Below, piece after piece: positions 9,180-17,564 of a stretch of DNA of 49,130 bases (position 1 is its first letter; each line of letters opens with the position of its first letter). The DNA comes from Dehalococcoidia bacterium. GTDB taxonomy: Bacteria; Chloroflexota; Dehalococcoidia; CAUJGQ01. The translations under genes and the position numbers were made by a program. Where the stretch lies: assembly GCA_038325665.1 (NCBI GenBank), contig JBBQJF010000002.1, positions 1 through 49,130 of the forward strand, read 5' to 3'. Under the pieces are notes generated by a model. It made no database searches. It saw only the letters and a program-made list of their open reading frames with translations, and was not told where the DNA came from.

Positions 9180-9200
9180 GGGCGACCCGGTGGGTCGCCC
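9180..9200. repeat. REP-like palindrome GGGCGACCC-ggt-GGGTCGCCC (copy 1), between convergent genes
   Basis: Perfect 9-bp arms 6 nt after the stop at 9174. The same element recurs at 35926, 46867 and 46915. Confidence 0.8.
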
Positions 9201-9239
9201 GCGTCCGCGAGATACCCCAACGCCTGATCCGACATCACA

Positions 9240-9830
9240 TTAGCCTGTCGCATCACCAGACTCCGCGAGCTGGTAGACGAGATACAGCAGATCATGCGGA
9301 GCGCCGTCAGGACCGTCGAGGTGATTGGGCAGAATCGCCACCTGCTCAAAGCCGATTTGCTCGGCGGCCTCGAACGCGCCGGATTGGGCGCGCGCCGCGA
9401 TCTCGGCCTCGACACGCGCCAGCCCCGCCGCTGTTGCCACGTCGGTGAGTTCCACGAGCAGCGCGTACGCCAAGCCTCGACCGCGATAGGCGGACGCGAC
9501 GACGACGCGGACTTCGCCCACGCGGTGGCGGGCGCCAAAACCGCGCCGGTGTAGCGTTGCATCCGCGACGATCACGTCGTCCACGAGCGCGATCAGCGGA
9601 AGCACGCGGTGGTAGTCCAGATCCGTGATCCAGCGACGGATCACTGCCGCATCGCCGACATCCTCGCGCAGCCACCACCGGTCGGCGGCAGATATGGCGC
9701 GGAAGAAGGCGAGCAGCCCGGCCTGATCGGCGCTCACCAATGGACGCACCGTCACGACGGTACCGTCATCGAGCGTCACAGTCTTGGGATACATCTCCAG
9801 CAGATTTTCCACCGCGTCACCGCTCATCAC
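9240..9830 (-). CDS. GNAT family N-acetyltransferase
   Basis: Core motif VRVVVASAYRGRGLAYALLVELTDVATAAGLARVEAEI...AFEAAEQIGFE. 196 aa. Confidence 0.8.
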   Translation of the reverse strand: MMSGDAVENLLEMYPKTVTLDDGTVVTVRPLVSADQAGLLAFFRAISAADRWWLREDVGDAAVIRRWITDLDYHRVLPLIALVDDVIVADATLHRRGFGARHRVGEVRVVVASAYRGRGLAYALLVELTDVATAAGLARVEAEIAARAQSGAFEAAEQIGFEQVAILPNHLDGPDGAPHDLLYLVYQLAESGDATG

Positions 9831-9921
9831 GTCGTCCTCTCGCCATCGCCGCGCGATTCCGCTCGATTTTATCCCGCGTCATGCCCCCATACCAGCGCTC
9901 GTGAAAAAACCCACAGGATGC

Positions 9922-9951
9922 TTGACAGCGTTGTATGGCCGGGGCTACTAT
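9922..9951 (+). promoter_or_regulatory. Near-consensus sigma70-type promoter (TTGACA-18 nt-TACTAT)
   Basis: -35 at 9922-9927 and -10 at 9946-9951. It would give a ~200-nt leader before the ATG at 10159. Confidence 0.4.
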
Positions 9952-10158
9952 GTGCCCGCAATCACAAAGACTACCCCGCTCACGGCGCTCGACGCTCGCG
10001 GTACCGCGTTTTTCGCGTCGGGTTACAGCGACCGCCGTCCCGGGGGAATGCACCCGTCTCTGCCCCCCATCACGATATGCCTCGCCGCGATGTTCGCGCC
10101 GCACCCGTTGAACCGGGTGACGCACGTTGGCGCGCGAACGAGGAAAGGAGTGGAATCC

Positions 10159-10365
10159 ATGTCCTTGACGCCGCCCCGGAATTGCCCACGTTGTCGTGGG
10201 TCGATGATCACCGAGCGCGACTGGTACGGGGCCTACAGTAGTTGCATTGCCTGCGGCTACGTCCACGAGTGGGTGAGTTCGCCCGCCATCGATCTCCCCG
10301 ATGATTCAGACGGTCCCGCCCGGCAGCGTCGTCGCCAGCCGTCTCACGGCAAGCTCCGGCTGTAG
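10159..10365 (+). CDS. Small zinc-ribbon protein (CxxC...CxxC), unknown function
   Basis: The ATG at 10159 follows AGGAAAGGAG. Sequence MSLTPPRNCPRCRGSMITERDWYGAYSSCIACGYVHEW, with a basic C-terminal tail. 68 aa. Confidence 0.6.
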   Translation: MSLTPPRNCPRCRGSMITERDWYGAYSSCIACGYVHEWVSSPAIDLPDDSDGPARQRRRQPSHGKLRL

Positions 10366-10448
10366 CGCCCCGGGTGCTCCGCACGAAAACCGAGGCGTTG
10401 TGCCCTCCTCACGGACCCGGCGGGTTGTCATCTGTCATTCGACCCGCC

Positions 10449-10484
10449 GTGACGTATCCGCGTGAGCACGCGAGGATACGTCAC
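10449..10484 (+). terminator. Long hairpin (GTGACGTATCCGCGTG-ag-CACGCGaGGATACGTCAC) followed by GATTTC; possible terminator
   Basis: The ~16-bp stem has one bulge. It lies 84 nt after the zinc-ribbon gene stop and upstream of the cob operon. The U-tract is weak. Confidence 0.4.
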
Positions 10485-10694
10485 GATTTCGCGCATGGTC
10501 CCCGCCAGCACACGACTGTCCTACGCCTTCAGTTCGGCGCCGGCACGAGGGCGGTGCGCTATCGAACCGCCCGCACCGAACGATATTGACGTTTGCACGG
10601 GCGTGCGCCAGCCTAATCTCGCGTACGCTGACGGCAATACTTGTCGACCCCACGCGAGTCGTCGTGCGGACGTGATGGGAGTCTGGTGCAGCCT

Positions 10695-11789
10695 ATGTCC
10701 TCCATCGGTGATGCGCTGTCCGCCGCGGCGGGGCCGCCGGCGGCCGACGTTCGCGGCGGGCTTCTACACGGACGGGCCGCCACGCCGCTGGCCGTCGCAT
10801 CCGTGCTGCTGCTGGTCACCGCGGTCGTGGCGCTCGTTCAAGGTCCCACGCATGTCTCACCGGGTACGGTCGCGCGTGTGCTCCTCGCGCGAGTGACGCA
10901 CATTCGCGTGGGTGAGTGGTCCGCTGCCGCCGAGCAGATCGTGTGGCAGATTCGTCTGCCGCGGGTGCTGCTCGCGGGCCTGGTTGGCGGCATGCTCGGT
11001 GTGTCGGGCGCCGCGTATCAGGGCGTGCTGCGTAACCCGCTCGCCGATCCGTATCTGATCGGTGTCGCGGCCGGCGCGGGACTCGGGGCGACTCTCGTGT
11101 TCGTCTCTCCACTCAACGGCGAGTGGCACGGCCTCACACTCGTCACACCCGCCGCGTTCCTCGGGGCGGCGCTGGCGGTGTCGCTCGCCTACGCGCTCGC
11201 CCGGGTCGGAACCGCTGGCGCGGGAGCCGGCCTGATCCTTGCCGGGGTCGCGATTGCCGCGTTGTGCAACGCGGCAATGTCGTTCTTGTTCTTCGCCAAT
11301 AGCACACGCCTGGTGACGGTGTTCGCGTGGCTGATGGGCGGGTTCAACAGCAGTACATGGAGCCGGGTGTGGTTGCTCGCCGCCTACTCCGTGCCGTGCC
11401 TGGTGGCGATCACCGTCCACGCGCGACTTCTGAATGTGCTGCTGCTCGATGAGGAGCAGGCCCGTCAACTGGGGGTGGACGTGGCGCGGGTCAAGCTGAT
11501 CGTGCTCGGCGCCGCCTCGCTCGCGGCCGCGGCGGCGGTCTCCGTCAGCGGCTTGATCGGTTTCATCGGCCTGATCGTGCCGCACATCGCCCGGCTGCTG
11601 GTGGGGTCTGACCACCGCCGCGTGTTGCCGCTGGCGCTCACCGGAGGAGCGGCGCTGCTGATTGGCGCGGACCTCGTCGCCCGCACCGCGCTGTCGCCCT
11701 CCGAGATTCCGGTCGGCGTCGTGACGGCGCTGGCGGGCGCCCCATTCTTTCTGTATATCCTCCGCCGCCGGCGCGGGCCGGCGTGGTGA
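10695..11789 (+). CDS. FecCD/BtuC-family ABC transporter permease (iron-siderophore/cobalamin type)
   Basis: ORF 10641..11789. Multi-TM protein with family-typical LRLPRVLLAGLVGGMLGVSGAAYQGVLRNPLADPYLIGV and IPVGVVTALAGAPFFLYIL. The start is uncertain (ATG 10695 or ATG 10641). Confidence 0.85.
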   Translation: MSSIGDALSAAAGPPAADVRGGLLHGRAATPLAVASVLLLVTAVVALVQGPTHVSPGTVARVLLARVTHIRVGEWSAAAEQIVWQIRLPRVLLAGLVGGMLGVSGAAYQGVLRNPLADPYLIGVAAGAGLGATLVFVSPLNGEWHGLTLVTPAAFLGAALAVSLAYALARVGTAGAGAGLILAGVAIAALCNAAMSFLFFANSTRLVTVFAWLMGGFNSSTWSRVWLLAAYSVPCLVAITVHARLLNVLLLDEEQARQLGVDVARVKLIVLGAASLAAAAAVSVSGLIGFIGLIVPHIARLLVGSDHRRVLPLALTGGAALLIGADLVARTALSPSEIPVGVVTALAGAPFFLYILRRRRGPAW

Positions 11790-12673
11790 TGCTGGACGGC
11801 CGTGGAACGGATGAGGCCGGCGCCGGCGTGGATGCCGCGCTGATGGTTCGCTCGGTACGGGCGGGCTACGGCGGTCGCGACGTGTTGCGCGACGTGTCGC
11901 TCGCGGTGAGGCGCGGCGAACTGGTCGGCGTGATCGGACCGAACGGCAGCGGCAAATCGACGCTGGTGCGAGCGATCAGTCGGGTGATCCCATTGCATGG
12001 TGGTGACGTGTCGTTCGGCGGACGCGCGGCCCGCCGCATGAGCGCCTCCGAGATCGCCCGTCAGGTCGCGGTCGTGCCGCAGACCGCGGCGCTTCCCGAT
12101 GAGATGACCGGTCTGGAGCTGGTGCTTCTCGGACGGACGCCGCATCTGCGCTTGTTGCAATCGGAGGGGGCGCGTGACATCGCGATTGCCCGTGCGGCGC
12201 TGGCTCTGGCCGACGTGGGCCACCTGGCCGGCCGCCGGGTGAGGGAGACCTCCGGCGGTGAGCGTCAGCGCCTGCTGATCGCCCGCGCCCTCGCGCAGGA
12301 GCCGCGCGTGCTGGTGCTCGATGAGCCGACCGCGCATCTTGATCTCTCCCATCAGGTGAGCGTGTTCGAGTTGGTGCGCGCCCGCTGTCGCGACGATGGC
12401 CTCGCCGTGCTGGCGGTGGTCCACGATCTGACCCTCGCCGCGCAGTTCTGCGACCGTCTGATACTGCTCACGGGTGGACGCATCATGACCGAAGGGCCGC
12501 CGTTGACCGTGTTGCAGCCCGAGACGCTCTCCGCCGCGTATGGCGGCCGTGTCAGCGTGCTCATCCATCCGGAAACCGGCCGGCCGGTGGTCGTGCCCCT
12601 GGCGACCGGGGACGGGAGGTTCACCGCGCGGCAACCTGGTCCCGACGGAGCGCCGCCGCTCACGGGCGGTTAG
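11789..12673 (+). CDS. ABC transporter ATP-binding protein (FepC/BtuD-like)
   Basis: Walker A GPNGSGKSTL, signature SGGERQRLLIARAL and Walker B VLVLDEPT. The ATG overlaps the permease stop (TGATG). Confidence 0.9.
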   Translation: MLDGRGTDEAGAGVDAALMVRSVRAGYGGRDVLRDVSLAVRRGELVGVIGPNGSGKSTLVRAISRVIPLHGGDVSFGGRAARRMSASEIARQVAVVPQTAALPDEMTGLELVLLGRTPHLRLLQSEGARDIAIARAALALADVGHLAGRRVRETSGGERQRLLIARALAQEPRVLVLDEPTAHLDLSHQVSVFELVRARCRDDGLAVLAVVHDLTLAAQFCDRLILLTGGRIMTEGPPLTVLQPETLSAAYGGRVSVLIHPETGRPVVVPLATGDGRFTARQPGPDGAPPLTGG

Positions 12674-12779
12674 GATAGAGCGAGGCCGCGGCGCCGGCCG
12701 CGCCTCCGTGCACGCGGATTGGGCGAGCCGGCGCCGATCAGCCATATCGAACGTGAATCCCTGCATCGAGGTGTACATC

Positions 12780-13319
12780 GTGGTCGACGCACGAGCCACA
12801 CGACGGGGCCTGGTGATTCTGAACACCGGTGACGGCAAGGGTAAGACGACGGCCGCGCTCGGCGTCCTCATGCGCGCCTGGGGACGCGGCTGGAAGGTTG
12901 TCATGCTCCAGTTCATCAAGGCTGAAACCGGCAACTTCGGTGAGCACCGCGCCGCGCGCAAGATGGACCTCGAAATCATCCCCCTCGGCTCCGGCTTCAC
13001 TTGGCTGTCGAAGGACATCGAGAAGGACAAGGCGCTCGCGCGGACATGTTGGGAGCAGTGCAAGCAGCGGCTGGTCAACGGCGACTACGATATCGTCGCG
13101 CTTGATGAGATTACCTACCCGTTGACCTACGGCTGGCTGCCCGTCGAGGAGGTGATCGAGACGCTGCGAACCCGTCCGCCCCACGTCCATGTGATTCTCA
13201 CCGGCCGCGATGCCCCGGCCGAACTGGTCGAATTCGCCGATCTGGTGACCGAGATGCAGGAGGTCAAGCACCCCTACCGGCTGCAAGGCATCAAAGCGCA
13301 GGCGGGTATCGAGTTCTGA
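12780..13319 (+). CDS. cobO: Cob(I)yrinic acid a,c-diamide adenosyltransferase (CobO/CobA/BtuR type)
   Basis: P-loop NTGDGKGKTTAALG, then VVMLQFIK...DEITYPL...HVILTGR...VTEMQEVKHPY. The GTG at 12780 follows GAGGTG with 6-nt spacing. The GTG at 12753 is also possible. Confidence 0.85.
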   Translation: MVDARATRRGLVILNTGDGKGKTTAALGVLMRAWGRGWKVVMLQFIKAETGNFGEHRAARKMDLEIIPLGSGFTWLSKDIEKDKALARTCWEQCKQRLVNGDYDIVALDEITYPLTYGWLPVEEVIETLRTRPPHVHVILTGRDAPAELVEFADLVTEMQEVKHPYRLQGIKAQAGIEF

Positions 13320-13515
13320 GCGTGTCGTGAGCACGGGGCCGGACGGTCCATCGGTCGCCGCGTTGCCGCACCGGGACAGTGGGGCCGCGAGGCCGAGCCG
13401 CTGAGACGCGCTGACGCGGCGCCTTCAACCACGCGCACGACCACACCGAACCGAATCGGCGGCCCGAGTTCGCGCGAGCCACGAACCGACTGACCACTGA
13501 CATGAGGAGCCGCGC

Positions 13516-14589
13516 GTGCTTATCGAGGAGACAATCGCTCGTATCGGCGAACTGAACGCCCCGGCAATGGCGGCGGCGCGCGCCCGCCACGACCAGCTCA
13601 CGAAACCTCCGGGCAGTCTCGGCCGGTTGGAGGAGATCGGGATCTGGCTGGCGGGTGTGCGAGGTATGCCCCGGCCGCACATCGCGTCGCCGGCCATCGT
13701 GGTCGCGGCCGGTGACCACGGCGTCGCCCGCGCCGGCGTCAGCGCCTACCCGGCCGAGGTCACGGGGCAAATGGTGGCGAACTTCGTTGCCGGCGGCGCG
13801 GCGGTGAATGTGCTGGCCCGCCAGGTCGGGGCGCGGATCGTGGTGGTCGACACGGGCGTCACCGCGCCGCCGGCGCAACACCCCGCGCTGCTCTCGCGAC
13901 GAGCAGGTCCCGGCACGGCGGACATAAGCCGGGGACCGGCCATGACCCGCGATACCGCGCGGCAGGTCGTTCAGGACGGCATCGTCTTGGCGCGCGAACT
14001 TACCGCGTCGGGGACAGATGCCCTCGCGCTGGGCGAGATGGGCATCGGCAACACCACCGCGTCCGCGGCAATCGTCGCCTCTTGTACCGGCCTCCCGCCG
14101 AACCGGGTCACCGGCGCGGGCACCGGCATCACCCCGGAGCGGTGGGCGCACAAGGTTCGCGTGGTCGAACAGGCGCTCGCCGTCAACCACCCCGATCCGG
14201 CTGATGGGCTGGGGCTGCTGGCCGCCGCCGGCGGATTCGAGATCGGCTTCCTCGCGGGGGTCGCCCTGGGCGCGGCTGCCGCGCGGACACCGGTGATTCT
14301 CGATGGGTTCATCACCGCGGCGGCGGCGCTGATCGCCCGTGCGCTCGACCCGGCAGTGACGAGGTATATGATCGCGTCGCACCGCTCGGTCGAACCGGGG
14401 CACGCGGCGGCGCTCGAGCTATTGGGACTCGATCCGCTGCTCGACCTGCGCCTCCGGCTGGGCGAGGGAAGCGGCGCGGCGCTGGCCCTTCCGCTGCTGC
14501 GGGCGGCGGCGGCGCTGCTCGATGAGATGGCGACCTTTGACGAGGCGCGCGTCTCGAATTCGGCGGAGGTCACGGAGTGGGAGGCGTGA
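13516..14589 (+). CDS. cobT: Nicotinate-nucleotide--dimethylbenzimidazole phosphoribosyltransferase
   Basis: LTKPPGSLGRLEEIG, GDHGV and GEMGIGNTTASAAI motifs. The GTG start follows GAGGAG. Confidence 0.9.
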   Translation: MLIEETIARIGELNAPAMAAARARHDQLTKPPGSLGRLEEIGIWLAGVRGMPRPHIASPAIVVAAGDHGVARAGVSAYPAEVTGQMVANFVAGGAAVNVLARQVGARIVVVDTGVTAPPAQHPALLSRRAGPGTADISRGPAMTRDTARQVVQDGIVLARELTASGTDALALGEMGIGNTTASAAIVASCTGLPPNRVTGAGTGITPERWAHKVRVVEQALAVNHPDPADGLGLLAAAGGFEIGFLAGVALGAAAARTPVILDGFITAAAALIARALDPAVTRYMIASHRSVEPGHAAALELLGLDPLLDLRLRLGEGSGAALALPLLRAAAALLDEMATFDEARVSNSAEVTEWEA

Positions 14590-14671
14590 TCATCGTCAGC
14601 GCACGGGCTTACGCCGCACGGTGGGCGACGCCGGCTGATGGCGCGAGGATGCGGCATCGCGGATACCCGCG

Positions 14672-15445
14672 ATGAGATGGGATCCGGTGCTGGCGGTGGA
14701 GTTTCTGACCGTCGTGCGCGTGCGTCGATGGCGGCCGGTGGACGCCGGAGATCTCGCACGCGCGCAGGCGTTCTATCCACTGGTCGGCCTGGGCATCGGC
14801 GGCTGTCTTGTCGGGATCGACGCGGCGCTGTCTGACACACTTCCGCCGGGCCTGCTGGCCGCCGTGCTCGTCGCGGCGCTCGCGGCCATTACCCGCGGAT
14901 TGCACCTCGACGGACTTGCCGACACGTTTGACGGGCTGCTTGGCGGCCGCGACGCCGCGCATCGTCTGGAGATCATGCGCGACCCGCGACTGGGCAGCTT
15001 CGGCGTCGCGGCGCTGGTGATCGTGGTGCTGTTGAAATGGAGCGCGGTCGCGGCGATCACGCCGCCGCTCCGGCACGCGGGTCTGCTCGCGGCCCCGGCG
15101 CTGGCGCGCTACGCGATGGTGGTTGGGACCGCCGCCGTTCCCTACGCCCGGCCCGACGGAATGGGCGCCGGCTACCACGCGGCGGCGCGCGGGGCGCCAC
15201 TGCTTCTGGCGACGGTGACGGCCGCTGGCATGGTGTTCGTGCTGTTCGGCGCTGCCGGTCTGACGTTGCTGGCGATCGCGACGGTTGTCCCGCTCGCGGT
15301 CGCCACTTGGGCGAGACGGCGGATCGGCGGCGCCACCGGAGACATCTACGGGGCAATATGCGAGTTGACGGAGACGGCGATTCTGGTGGCGATCGTGGCC
15401 GCGCGGTCGCATGGCTGGCTCGATACGTGGCTGCTCGCGCGATGA
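14672..15445 (+). CDS. cobS: Adenosylcobinamide-GDP ribazoletransferase (cobalamin synthase)
   Basis: Polytopic membrane protein with the hallmark GLHLDGLADTFDG and TGDIYG motifs. Confidence 0.9.
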   Translation: MRWDPVLAVEFLTVVRVRRWRPVDAGDLARAQAFYPLVGLGIGGCLVGIDAALSDTLPPGLLAAVLVAALAAITRGLHLDGLADTFDGLLGGRDAAHRLEIMRDPRLGSFGVAALVIVVLLKWSAVAAITPPLRHAGLLAAPALARYAMVVGTAAVPYARPDGMGAGYHAAARGAPLLLATVTAAGMVFVLFGAAGLTLLAIATVVPLAVATWARRRIGGATGDIYGAICELTETAILVAIVAARSHGWLDTWLLAR

Positions 15446-16443
15446 GGCGTCGCGCCGCCACACTGCTGGGTGCGCTCGCGCTCGATCTGTTGCTGGGCGA
15501 GCCTCCGTCGCGGCTGCACCCGGTCGTCTGGTTGGGTAGGGCTATCCGGTCCTGCGAGCGGATCGCCCCGCCGCGGGGTCGCGCGGGACAACTCGCCTGG
15601 GGCGGAGCCGTCGCGCTGGGCATACCGCTCACCGCGGCCGCGGCCGGCGCCGGGTTCGAGCGGGCGGCTACCCGGCTCCCCGTGGGGGGGATCGTCGCGG
15701 AGGCGGCCGCGCTCAAGGCTGTCTTCGCCGTCCGGGCGCTGCTGCGCGCCGGCGACGGTGTGCGCGCCGCGCTCGAGTCGGCCGATGAGCGGGGGGCGCG
15801 GGAGGCGTTGCGGAACCTGGTCAGCCGCGAGACAGATGGGCTGACGCCGCCGCTGATCGCCGCCGCCGCGATCGAGTCACTCGCCGAGAACACGACGGAC
15901 AGCGTCATCGCCCCGTGGCTCGCGTACGCCGTCGGGGGTCTGCCGGTGGCCTTCGCGTATCGCGCGGTCAATACGCTGGACAGTATGATCGGCTATCGCG
16001 GACGCTATGAGTACCTCGGTAAGCCGGCAGCGCGGCTCGACGATTTGCTCAACCTGATCCCGGCCCGGCTGACGGCGTTGTTGATCGCGGTGGCGGCTCC
16101 GGTGGTGTCCGGCAATGCCGTCAGTGTGGTGCGGGCGGTGCGCCGCTACCGCCACCGGACCGCCAGCCCCAACGCGGGGTGGACCATGGCGGCGGCGGCC
16201 GGGGCGCTCGGCGTCCGGCTCGAAAAGGCCGGCGCGTACACGCTCGGCGGCGGGCAGGAGCCGCGGGCCGGCGATATCCGGCGGGCACGGCGGCTCGTGG
16301 CGATCGTCGCCGGCATGGGCGCGGCGCTGATCGTGGGATCTCTGATCGCGGCGCGGCCGGCGCGGGACAGGTCTCCCGCGGGACCGCGGCCGGCAGCGGC
16401 GGGACTGGCAAAGGATAGGGAAATGGGTACGACGAGATCATGA
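15442..16443 (+). CDS. cbiB: Adenosylcobinamide-phosphate synthase
   Basis: Real start is the ATG at 15442, overlapping the cobS stop (ATGA). N-terminus LLGALALDLLLGEPPSRLHPVVWLG, then ENTTDSVIAPW and NAGWTMAA motifs. Confidence 0.9.
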   Translation: MRRRAATLLGALALDLLLGEPPSRLHPVVWLGRAIRSCERIAPPRGRAGQLAWGGAVALGIPLTAAAAGAGFERAATRLPVGGIVAEAAALKAVFAVRALLRAGDGVRAALESADERGAREALRNLVSRETDGLTPPLIAAAAIESLAENTTDSVIAPWLAYAVGGLPVAFAYRAVNTLDSMIGYRGRYEYLGKPAARLDDLLNLIPARLTALLIAVAAPVVSGNAVSVVRAVRRYRHRTASPNAGWTMAAAAGALGVRLEKAGAYTLGGGQEPRAGDIRRARRLVAIVAGMGAALIVGSLIAARPARDRSPAGPRPAAAGLAKDREMGTTRS

Positions 16444-17564
16444 CTGACGCGACGCCACGGGTCCACGGCGGGCTGCGCCGCGCCGAACTGCGCGCGCTTG
16501 GACTCGACCCCGAGGCAGTGATCGACTTCAGCGCGAGCGTGAATCCGCTCGGCGCGTCTCCGCGCGCCCTGGCGGCGCTCTCGGGGGTAGACTACGCCCG
16601 CTATCCTGACCCAGGCTCGACCGAACTGCGCGAGGCAATCGCCGCGTCGATCGGGGTGACACCGGAGGAAATACTACCCGGCAATGGCGCGACCGAGTTG
16701 CTTCATCTCGTTGTACGCCTGTTCGTCCACCAGGGGCAGCGGCCGATCGCGTTCGCGCCCACGTTTGGTGAGTTCGAGCGTGCGTGCCAACTTGTAGGAG
16801 CATCGGTATTTCCGTGGCACGCCAATCCGGCCAAGGGGTTTCGCTGGAACTTCCGCAACAAGCCGGATGTGCTCCGCCGCGTGATTCCACCGCTGCTGTA
16901 TCTGTGCAATCCCAACAACCCCACTGGTGTGTACGCGTCGGAGGCCGAGGTGCGCTCGCTCTCGGAGTCACTCACCGGTGGGCCGCTGTTGCTCGACGAG
17001 TCGTACCTCGCGTTCGTCGACGCGGCCTGGAACGCGATACCCCTGATGCGCGGGGGGCGTGTGCTGCTGCTCCGCTCGATGACCAAGGATTTCGGTTTGG
17101 CCGGCCTGCGATTGGGCTACCTCGTGGCCCCGCCCGATGTCGTCCGGGCCGTGGCGCGGTTACAGCCCGAATGGAGCGTCAGCGCTGCGGCGCAGGTTGC
17201 GGGCGTCGCGGCGCTTGCCGACACCGAGCATGTCACACAAGCGCGCGAGGTGATCGCGGACGGGAAGGCATATCTGCTCGGCGCGCTGGCGGGGCTGGGC
17301 CTGGAGGTTCAGGGGGGCGCGGTGAACTTCCTGCTGGTGGACGTTGGTGATGCGACCGCCGCCCGGCTGGCGCTGCTTCATCGTGGCCTCGCGGTGCGGG
17401 ACTGCACGTCCTTCGGCTTGCCTCGCCACATTCGGATCGCGGTGCGCCGCCGCGCGGAATGCGAGCGACTGATGGACGCCCTCGCGGCCGTCGTGCGCGA
17501 CACTCCCGCCGACGACGCACCGGGCATGACACCGGCGGCGTCCGCCGTACCGGAGGGCACATGA
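16440..17564 (+). CDS. cobD: L-threonine-O-3-phosphate decarboxylase / class I-II aminotransferase-fold enzyme of cobalamin synthesis
   Basis: YPDPGSTELREAIA, NPNNPTG and the PLP-lysine region SMTKDFGLAGLRLGY. ATGA overlap with cbiB. The specific assignment comes from operon context (inference). Confidence 0.8.
   Translation: MTDATPRVHGGLRRAELRALGLDPEAVIDFSASVNPLGASPRALAALSGVDYARYPDPGSTELREAIAASIGVTPEEILPGNGATELLHLVVRLFVHQGQRPIAFAPTFGEFERACQLVGASVFPWHANPAKGFRWNFRNKPDVLRRVIPPLLYLCNPNNPTGVYASEAEVRSLSESLTGGPLLLDESYLAFVDAAWNAIPLMRGGRVLLLRSMTKDFGLAGLRLGYLVAPPDVVRAVARLQPEWSVSAAAQVAGVAALADTEHVTQAREVIADGKAYLLGALAGLGLEVQGGAVNFLLVDVGDATAARLALLHRGLAVRDCTSFGLPRHIRIAVRRRAECERLMDALAAVVRDTPADDAPGMTPAASAVPEGT

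Noticed and set aside
10586-10619. A promoter TTGACG...TAATCT upstream of the cob operon.
   Set aside because: The spacer between the two hexamers is 22 nt, too long for a sigma70-type promoter. It was kept out of the feature list.
10640-10800. A possible cobalamin riboswitch core (GGGAGTCTGGTGCAGCC...GCGCTGTCCGCCGCGG...GCCACGCCGCTGG) overlaps the permease 5' end.
   Set aside because: The order and spacing do not fit the GGGAA-GGTG-AA-CC-GC-CCCGC-ACTG core. The last piece lies inside the region encoding the essential first TM helix. This needs cmsearch to be certain.
11465-13078. A 537-aa minus-strand ORF lies across the ABC ATPase and cobO. Similar long antisense ORFs occur at 10857-11615, 13291-14403, 13971-14840, 14609-15463, 15057-15971 and 18194-19066.
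   Set aside because: All lie opposite well-supported cob operon genes and translate to low-complexity Arg/Pro/His/Gln-rich sequence with no motifs or SD sequences.
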